From the sequence record OR844650.1: a stretch of DNA of 64,000 bases, one strand, 5' to 3'. Below, piece after piece: positions 58,129 through 64,000 of the stretch. The position numbers and the translations under genes are program-made. The stretch's first letter is position 1; every line of letters begins with the position of its first letter. Below the pieces are notes generated by a model. It made no database searches. It saw only the letters and a list, made by a program, of their open reading frames with translations, and was not told the DNA's origin.

Positions 58129-58347
58129 TTAGATAATTGCATATTTCTTTAAAGATAATGCGTCTTGGGTTGGCTGATACTCAATGCCGTTACCGTTATC
58201 TACTTTAACTAATAAACCTTTGTCAATTAGTTTTTTAATAGTCCTTTGGCCTTGTTGAAAATTGGTAAAATGTGAATCATTACGAAAGGTATAACCGTGC
58301 TTAACTGCTTCATCAATAGTTTTCTTTTCGATTTTAGATAATTTCAT
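58129..58347 (-). CDS. small hypothetical protein (possible winged-helix)
   Basis: RTIKKLIDKGLLVK; start moved to MKLSK; promoter TTGACA-17-TATTAT. Confidence 0.65.
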   Translation of the reverse strand: MKLSKIEKKTIDEAVKHGYTFRNDSHFTNFQQGQRTIKKLIDKGLLVKVDNGNGIEYQPTQDALSLKKYAII

Positions 58348-58400
58348 TTTGTTTCTCCCGTGTTGGTATGTGTACATAATACTAAAACAATTGAGTACTG

Positions 58401-58655
58401 TCAACGTGATATTAGTTTTATTTTCTTATTATATTGTTGATGTTCATAAAGGTTTATCTTTCCTGTGTTCTCTATTACTATTCTGTTGTTAGTGTCTACA
58501 TCGATTACACGCAGTTTTCCGTTGCTTAACTTCCTTGGTAATAGGTTACCATTAATAAACTCATTAGCAAGCTGTACGGCCTTTGTGATGATTCTCTGTG
58601 GTGCTTTATAGTGTACCCGCAAGATATTATCTTTAGATAGTTGTACCTTAATCAT
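58401..58655 (-). CDS. small basic hypothetical protein
   Basis: AGGA RBS. Confidence 0.65.
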   Translation of the reverse strand: MIKVQLSKDNILRVHYKAPQRIITKAVQLANEFINGNLLPRKLSNGKLRVIDVDTNNRIVIENTGKINLYEHQQYNKKIKLISR

Positions 58656-58670
58656 TTTAGTTTATCCTAT

Positions 58671-58695
58671 AAAAAAGGCGGGAACTGATCCCGCC
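58671..58695 (-). terminator. rho-independent terminator
   Basis: GGCGGGA-ACTGA-TCCCGCC plus T6 on the minus strand. Confidence 0.75.
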
Positions 58696-58717
58696 GTGTT
58701 GTTAGTACTGCAAGTTA

Positions 58718-59113
58718 TTAGATAACCTGGCGGCGTTTACTGTATACTGTTACACGATTACCCTTACGGTCGTGTCGGATCTCTTTCTGGTTGCGAACCA
58801 GTTCACTTGGACGCTTAAGGTTTGCCAGGTGATCCGCGTGAGTCCAAGCGGTATGGTTTGTCTGTACTTTGATATCAGAATCAGCGATAAATTCATCTTG
58901 TGCGTTAAGTACTGCCGCCAGTAAATCCGCTCGTTTTAGTTCTGCTGCTGTTAGTACTGGCTCCGGTGAATTCACGATATCAGAGATTTCTTTGAACTGT
59001 ACGGCCCAGCGTTGACCTTTCGGTGCATCTTTGCCCATGTCTTTAAATGCTGCTCCTTCCTCGCGTGCAACAATACGGGCAGCTTCACGGGTAGCGTAGA
59101 ATTTAGTAATCAT
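58718..59113 (-). CDS. early-region hypothetical protein
   Basis: Promoter TTGACA-17-TATAAT at 59158-59186. Confidence 0.75.
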   Translation of the reverse strand: MITKFYATREAARIVAREEGAAFKDMGKDAPKGQRWAVQFKEISDIVNSPEPVLTAAELKRADLLAAVLNAQDEFIADSDIKVQTNHTAWTHADHLANLKRPSELVRNQKEIRHDRKGNRVTVYSKRRQVI

Positions 59114-59208
59114 GGTATACATCCTATTAGTTGAGTTAGTACTACAAGTTAGAGTCTATTATAAAGTACTATCTGGGCAATGTCAAATAGTACTTTAAAT
59201 GGATTCTA

Positions 59209-59532
59209 TTACATGTCTTTCTTACGTTTTACATCGTAGTAGCGAACTGTTATTTCTTTGTTAATCTCTTTTTCGATGCGGTGAATAACTTTTTCTTTCG
59301 GGTTGAAACCTATAACGGTTTCTTTAATGATCTCCAAGCCCGTGTATTCTCCTTGTGTACCGTAACCGTAAGTAAAGGTTTCATGTCCCAAGTCTTCCCA
59401 GCGGTCGCCAATTAACGCGGACACGTAGCAAGAGTGGTAAGTGTTACCGTTCCGATCAGTCCAGCGATTAACTTTAATGTCAAAGGAGGTTACAATTTTC
59501 AGTTCTACTTTCTGGGTAAGGATCATAGCCAT
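59209..59532 (-). CDS. early-region hypothetical protein
   Basis: After cassette. Confidence 0.7.
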   Translation of the reverse strand: MAMILTQKVELKIVTSFDIKVNRWTDRNGNTYHSCYVSALIGDRWEDLGHETFTYGYGTQGEYTGLEIIKETVIGFNPKEKVIHRIEKEINKEITVRYYDVKRKKDM

Positions 59533-59619
59533 TTTTATTTCTCTCTCTTTGTTAGGAGGGGAACCATTCCCCTCGCTTGATGTAAACTATTATACAGTAC
59601 TAAGATACTTTGTCAATAC

Positions 59620-59802
59620 TTATTTTTTGGAAAGTTTACGCATTAATTCTACGCTTTCTTGTGAACGTTTTGCTACCTGGCAAGCTGTATGGGCAGTAAA
59701 CATTTTTGTATAGTCTGACGCTTTGCCACCAAACCGAGCGGCACGTTCACGGGCACTTGGAACTAATACTATTTCTTTCTTGCAGATAGTGCACTTAGCC
59801 AT
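59620..59802 (-). CDS. small Cys/His protein (CxxC...HxxC)
   Basis: CTIC and HTAC; after cassette. Confidence 0.7.
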   Translation of the reverse strand: MAKCTICKKEIVLVPSARERAARFGGKASDYTKMFTAHTACQVAKRSQESVELMRKLSKK

Positions 59803-59889
59803 TTTAATTTCTCTCTTTTAGTTAGGAGGGGAACCATTTCCCCGCCTTGATGTAAACTATTATACAGTACTAAGATACTTTGTCAATAC

Positions 59890-60165
59890 TTAAGTATTGT
59901 AAATGTCGTGAATAGTGATAAAGTTTTTACGCCCGTAAACCTGTAAATCGGTATTAATGTAGTGCTTATCAAGTACATCCTCGACGCTTAACGCGGTGTC
60001 GTGAATATCTTCGTAGAATTGGGGATCTACAATCTTGCTTAAGTCATCCGGCGTTAACTTATCGTTAAGCCATTGAACCGCCTGGATATCTGCATCACGT
60101 TTCCATTGTTCCAGGTTAGTAGTCAGTACTTGCTCGATTTCGTTAGCTGTCAGTAGAATCCGCAT
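59890..60165 (-). CDS. early-region hypothetical protein
   Basis: AAGG RBS; promoter at 60199-60226. Confidence 0.7.
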   Translation of the reverse strand: MRILLTANEIEQVLTTNLEQWKRDADIQAVQWLNDKLTPDDLSKIVDPQFYEDIHDTALSVEDVLDKHYINTDLQVYGRKNFITIHDIYNT

Positions 60166-60233
60166 TTTAATGTTTCCTTATCAGTGGTTGATGTAAGTAT
60201 TATACTCGTTTACTTTCTATTGTCAAACTATTT

Positions 60234-60309
60234 TATCAGGGGAGTTTTTCGTATGTCTTACTCCTGGACTACTTAACGGGGTTACTTGTTTCGTTCCCCG
60301 TCCTGATGT
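60234..60309 (-). ncRNA. candidate ~75-nt three-way-junction sRNA
   Basis: Own promoter (TTGCAT-16-TATAAT at 60315-60342); ATCAGG/CCTGAT closes CGGGG/CCCCG and GGAGT/ACTCC stems; no start codon. Confidence 0.45.
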
Positions 60310-60354
60310 AAAACATTATACTTGATTCTAAGTACAATGCAAGTACTTTTTAAA

Positions 60355-60470
60355 AATAGTTTTCAGTACTAGCCACCAGCAAACAATAGATACATTTATG
60401 CACCCTGTGGGCTGATTTGTTTCTATGCGTATATAATAGCAAAGGGACTGACTGGAGTCAATCCCTTTTT
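60355..60470. repeat. repeat element R2 copy 3 (type A)
   Basis: Same core; ACTGACTGGAGTCAATCCC variant. Confidence 0.85.
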
Positions 60471-60479
60471 CAAATATTT

Positions 60480-60629
60480 TTAAACTTCTTTCGGGTTGCG
60501 ATAGGTGATAGCGTTCGGGTACATTTGTTTAATGTTATTCCATGCCTGGTTAACATTATAACCACTTGAGCGAATCAGTTGGTTACTACCGACACCTTGA
60601 AACACTACTTCGAATAAGAATTCTTTCAT
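60480..60629 (-). CDS. small hypothetical protein (49 aa, not in ORF track)
   Basis: MKEFLFEVVFQGVGSNQLIRSSGYNVNQAWNNIKQMYPNAITYRNPKEV; GAGG RBS; ATGA overlap. Confidence 0.55.
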   Translation of the reverse strand: MKEFLFEVVFQGVGSNQLIRSSGYNVNQAWNNIKQMYPNAITYRNPKEV

Positions 60630-60799
60630 GCTTTCACCTCGCTATCTGCTTTACCTTTACGCCAGGACATTACTAATTGTTCGCGTTGCCATAAGTCGAG
60701 TGATACAAAAAGTTTTGCGGTATCACTTTTAGGATACTCGCCATTAGTACCTAACCGATAAAATAGATCTTTCAGTACTGATAATTCTACTTGGATCAT
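60626..60799 (-). CDS. small hypothetical protein
   Basis: Start moved to MIQVEL after cassette. Confidence 0.65.
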   Translation of the reverse strand: MIQVELSVLKDLFYRLGTNGEYPKSDTAKLFVSLDLWQREQLVMSWRKGKADSEVKA

Positions 60800-60885
60800 T
60801 ATACTTTCCTTTTTGTTAGGAGGGGAACTATTCCCCTCTCGATATAAAACATTATACACTTTATTCAGTACTGTGCAAGTACTTT

Positions 60886-61098
60886 TTAATCTTTCAGCCA
60901 ATGATCTTGGATGAATTTTTCACCGAAGCCTTGCTGCATGGATTGTAACAGTCGTTCACGGTGAGCGGCGGCAAATTGCTCAGTACTATGCGTTACACCT
61001 GGTTGATAACGTGATTCACCATTGGGGGCGATGTATTGTACATCCCACGGTTTAGCGTTAGTATCAGACCATTTACGAACGATTAGTTGACCTTGCAT
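60886..61098 (-). CDS. small hypothetical protein
   Basis: Start moved to MQGQL after cassette. Confidence 0.65.
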   Translation of the reverse strand: MQGQLIVRKWSDTNAKPWDVQYIAPNGESRYQPGVTHSTEQFAAAHRERLLQSMQQGFGEKFIQDHWLKD

Positions 61099-61185
61099 TT
61101 TTCTTTCCTCAGTACTGGGGAGAATCATTTCTCCCCTTCATGTAACTTATTATACAGTACTATAATCTATTGTCCAGTACTTTTT

Positions 61186-61374
61186 TTACAGTTTATGAAT
61201 CAATTCTTTATCTAAGCGATAGCGTACATTATTAATGGTAACAGCATTATTTTTAATGCTACGCTGTACTGGCCCACCAGCAATAACAAACGTTGCCTTA
61301 TTACCCCGAACAATAATAGCACTTCCTGGATTGCTGTATTCATCTTGTACTAAAATACTTGATAAGTTTTCCAT
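61186..61374 (-). CDS. small hypothetical protein
   Basis: GAGG RBS after cassette. Confidence 0.65.
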   Translation of the reverse strand: MENLSSILVQDEYSNPGSAIIVRGNKATFVIAGGPVQRSIKNNAVTINNVRYRLDKELIHKL

Positions 61375-61455
61375 TTTTATTTCCTCTTAGTAGGGGAAGA
61401 CGTTTCCCCTTGATGCAATACAGTATACACTATCTTTCAGTACTTTCAATACTTT

Positions 61456-61713
61456 TTATCTCATAGATCTATGCCAACAATTACGCGGATCTCTTTTAAA
61501 AGTACTATCATGATCCTCCTGGCAAGTTATGCAGTACTTACATCCCTTAACAGCCTGGCGGCGATTCTCAGGGATTTTATCGCCACAGTCGAGGCAATGT
61601 ATCAGTGATTCTATTTGTGCGTTAATTTGCTTTCTAGCGTGGTTTACGGCGGCCTGAATCACTGCGTTAATCTCGTCTTGTTCGGCCCCGTCTTTCGCGA
61701 ATCCGACAGCCAT
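61456..61713 (-). CDS. TraR/DksA-family C4 zinc-finger protein (YbiI / lambda Orf73-like)
   Basis: MAxGFAxDGAEQDEI N-terminus; CLDCGDKIPENRRQAVKGCKYCITCQ. Confidence 0.88.
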   Translation of the reverse strand: MAVGFAKDGAEQDEINAVIQAAVNHARKQINAQIESLIHCLDCGDKIPENRRQAVKGCKYCITCQEDHDSTFKRDPRNCWHRSMR

Positions 61714-61910
61714 TATTTTAACCTTTTTCTATCATTAATTAATGCTTTCAGTACTATACTAATAACTTGCAATGATTCATCAATAACTATAAAATTATTT
61801 TCTTTCATTAGATGATAGTTACCATTGATATTATATTCTAACGAGTACTGTTTACGTTTAATTTTTGATAATGTTTCTATTTGTTTTTGTACTGATTTCA
61901 TGCTAATCAT
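61713..61910 (-). CDS. small hypothetical protein
   Basis: Packed ORF. Confidence 0.6.
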   Translation of the reverse strand: MISMKSVQKQIETLSKIKRKQYSLEYNINGNYHLMKENNFIVIDESLQVISIVLKALINDRKRLK

Positions 61911-62015
61911 TGGTAAACGTCCTGTAACGCATTCTAACGAGATAAACGGTTGAGTACTGACATTGTATAGGGTAATGAATTAAAGCCCACCAGCGTTAAC
62001 CAGTGGGCTATAATC

Positions 62016-62159
62016 TTACATCTTGCGGATAATCTTAACAGTATCTTTCACCGATTTACCGTCTTGCTGGCATTGCTCGATCATTGCGTATTGTTCTGCG
62101 GTCAGATCCTCGCCAGTTTTTGCCAGTACTGCGTCGATGAATGAATCCAGTGCGATCAT
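62016..62159 (-). CDS. small hypothetical protein (47 aa, not in ORF track)
   Basis: MIALDSFIDAVLAKTGEDLTAEQYAMIEQCQQDGKSVKDTVKIIRKM; promoter at 62204-62231. Confidence 0.55.
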   Translation of the reverse strand: MIALDSFIDAVLAKTGEDLTAEQYAMIEQCQQDGKSVKDTVKIIRKM

Positions 62160-62521
62160 TTTATTTCTCTCTTAGGTTAAGTTAACTACTGTTGATAAAA
62201 CTTATTATACAGTACTATCAAACGTTGTCAATATCTTTAATAGTACTGGTAATATATTTTAGCGGTAATCGTCGTATGCTTTATTCACCTGGCGAATGTA
62301 ACTTTCAAAGGCTTCGTCTACCGTTTCATACTCCCGAACATAATCACCATAGGAAACTACATACATACCTTTTTGATCTTCAAACGTCATGATGATAGAA
62401 TCCAGACCAACGATTTCAGTTTTTGCGATGATAGCCATTTTTTAATTCCTTAGTAGTGTAGTTGATAAAAGTTATTATGTCAGTACTATCAAACTATGTC
62501 AATAGTACTGTGATAATATTT

Positions 62522-62734
62522 TTAGTTAATGATAGTCAGTGTAAAATTGTAATCACCGCAGCGATATAGCACGTTATTCCCAAATGTTCCAACTAATCGC
62601 ACATCACACAAAACGCCGGTTTTTTCTTTTACTTCCTTGATACTTGTAACTCCTGTAATATCTTTATTAAAGTATTCATGATCTGAAAATAAAACTTGTT
62701 TTGCATTTTTTAATTTCGACCGGATATTAGCCAT
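62522..62734 (-). CDS. small hypothetical protein
   Basis: After cassette. Confidence 0.65.
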   Translation of the reverse strand: MANIRSKLKNAKQVLFSDHEYFNKDITGVTSIKEVKEKTGVLCDVRLVGTFGNNVLYRCGDYNFTLTIIN

Positions 62735-62830
62735 TTTGTTTTCTCTCTCTGTTAGTGGGGAGAACTATTCTCCCCTTGATGTAAACTATTATACAGTACT
62801 ATAATCTATTGTCAAACTATTTTTTTTATA

Positions 62831-63172
62831 TTATTCGAAATCTTCTGGACCGGACTGATAATCATCTTCACCGTATGCACTTTCTAACCGCTCGCCAGTG
62901 TGATCATCAGTTAGTGAGTCATCCTCATAGTTCACGTTCACGCCCGTGATGTAAAACTGGCTATCGTCTGGATCATTGAAATTAATTTTTTGGATGTTTA
63001 CAATAACTGTATTGATACCCAGGACACCGCCATCAGCCGTTACAAAGTACTGATATTTTTCGCAACCGCCTGAATTGAAACCGTAATTAATTTCGGCCCG
63101 ACCATCATTTAAACGCAGTGCCTGGGCGATGATTTCATTTTCAAAGTTAGATTGAGCAATTGAGATAGTCAT
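62831..63172 (-). CDS. acidic hypothetical protein
   Basis: AAGG RBS after cassette. Confidence 0.7.
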   Translation of the reverse strand: MTISIAQSNFENEIIAQALRLNDGRAEINYGFNSGGCEKYQYFVTADGGVLGINTVIVNIQKINFNDPDDSQFYITGVNVNYEDDSLTDDHTGERLESAYGEDDYQSGPEDFE

Positions 63173-63254
63173 GATTTGTTTCCTTATTATCAGGGGAAAC
63201 CGTTTCCCCTTTCGATGTAAAACATTATACGCTTATCAGGAAGTAATGCAAGTA

Positions 63255-63722
63255 CTATTTCACGTTAATTTCAAAGTACTGCTCTTTGATGTTTTCCTGT
63301 TGGTAAATCTCGTTTAATGCTTTAAGATCTAAAACCTGTTTACCTGCTGCCTGAATATACTTTTTAAGAGTCGCTAACAGCTTCTCAGGCGTGTTTGTAG
63401 TCTTACGTGTTGGGATCTTATCGTGCCCCATAGCGTAGTACTGCTTACGTGCTATAGTACTGATAACACTGCGGTACGGTTCCATGATCAGCTTGTCTGT
63501 GTATTCGTCGCTATCCCCAAACTTCATACCGTGGATCGCAAAGGTCATCATCATGCGGTCGTTATCGCGGATATTGTGGGGGCAGTCGGCAAGCTCGCGA
63601 GTCAGTGACATAGTGATCCCCACGTCGCCACCCAGCGGTAAAGGTCGGGCGATAAAGAAACCGTTAGGGAATACTTTCAGGAAGTTTTCTTGAACTGCTG
63701 CGACGAATTCGATGCTATTCAT
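63255..63722 (-). CDS. early-region hypothetical protein
   Basis: AAGG RBS after cassette. Confidence 0.75.
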   Translation of the reverse strand: MNSIEFVAAVQENFLKVFPNGFFIARPLPLGGDVGITMSLTRELADCPHNIRDNDRMMMTFAIHGMKFGDSDEYTDKLIMEPYRSVISTIARKQYYAMGHDKIPTRKTTNTPEKLLATLKKYIQAAGKQVLDLKALNEIYQQENIKEQYFEINVK

Positions 63723-63825
63723 AATTCATTTCCTTAATTAGTGGGGGAAGTTGTTTCCCCTCTCGATGTAAAACATTATACGCCAATTGAGATAGTTTGC
63801 AAGTACTTTCTACAAATACTATTAA

Positions 63826-63945
63826 AATAGTTTTCAGTACTCAATACTCATATAATAGATACACTTATGCACCCTGTGGGCTAGTGAGCTATCTCTCAAT
63901 GAATATATAATAGCAAAATGGCTGACCGGAGTCAACCACTTTTTT
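63826..63945. repeat. repeat element R2 copy 4 (type B)
   Basis: Same core; hairpin variant AAAATGGCTGACCGGAGTCAACCACTTTT. Confidence 0.85.
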
Positions 63946-64000
63946 CATTTATTTTTAGCTTTTAGAATCGCCGCCTTTCGTGTCATGCCTTGTTTGATGT

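Larger units (their letters stand above)
53815..63802 (-). promoter_or_regulatory. 15 dispersed promoter/stem-loop/RBS cassettes (PeSL-like)
   Basis: TTGACA or TTGCAT-16-TATAAT, then (A/G)TTT(T)ACAT, GGGGAGAATAGTTCTCCCC-type hairpin, SD. Copies at ~53815, 54688, 55332, 55663, 56214, 56708, 57011, 59556, 59826, 60819, 61117, 61392, 62757, 63192, 63743. Confidence 0.85.

Noticed and set aside
57829-58404. Shared N-terminus MTVL(K/N)CFS in two ORFs as a protein motif
   Set aside because: It is the translation of a duplicated promoter/leader; the true starts are downstream. The same applies to MKINVRVINM at 49818/50087 and the hydrophobic N-terminus of the 9838..10524 track ORF
60234-60309. Hammerhead ribozyme
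   Set aside because: CUGAU and GAAA fragments are present, but the CUGANGA core is incomplete and sits in a paired stem
56245-62815. LexA (SOS) boxes in the promoters
   Set aside because: TACAGTA half-sites occur, but I found no CTGT-N8-ACAG in the copies checked; they are explained by the AGTACT motif
1143-63693. Plus-strand ORFs and off-frame minus-strand ORFs in the track (e.g. 1143..1496, 35283..35687, 55439..55906)
   Set aside because: They overlap better-supported minus-strand genes, lack RBS/promoter context and have shadow-ORF composition
53815-63802. CRISPR array
   Set aside because: The repeats are promoter cassettes separated by whole genes hundreds of bp long, not by 30-40-bp spacers; no cas genes
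1-64000. tRNA or rRNA genes
   Set aside because: No cloverleaf with a TTC(G/A)A T-loop and matching acceptor stem was recognised by eye; tRNAscan/ARAGORN would be decisive

Overview
AT-rich segment of a large lytic tailed phage. Inference: it most resembles the RaK2/121Q/GAP32/CBB-type jumbo myoviruses of enterobacteria; this is not verified by any search. Essentially all real genes are on the minus strand, densely packed and often joined by overlapping stop/start codons. Few genes are recognisable: T4-like polynucleotide kinase/phosphatase (pseT), RNA ligase 1 (rnlA), an HxGH nucleotidyltransferase, a Zn-finger/GIY-YIG-type free-standing endonuclease, a phage Dam-family adenine methyltransferase, a possible ADP-ribosyltransferase, a minimal protein-kinase-fold protein and a TraR/DksA-type Zn-finger protein. 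Most of the window is three expanded paralog families: (A) about 50 otherwise divergent proteins sharing an acidic-x-x-FQ-x-S motif; (B) 31 small proteins with an LGT(N/D)xQE motif, 27 of them in one unbroken 6-kb array; (C) about 15 small helix + YxG(K/R)x(V/I) proteins. Non-coding highlights: roughly tenfold over-representation of the palindrome AGTACT (hand count of the first 6 kb), a ~510-nt ORF-poor structured region (candidate large ncRNA, 13.5-14.0 kb), and a more GC-rich early-type region from ~52.9 kb. That region has 15 repeated sigma70 promoter/stem-loop/RBS cassettes, four copies of a second ~80-120-bp element and a candidate ~75-nt sRNA. No tRNA, rRNA or CRISPR array was seen. Some starts were moved downstream of the ORF-track start where an RBS supported it.
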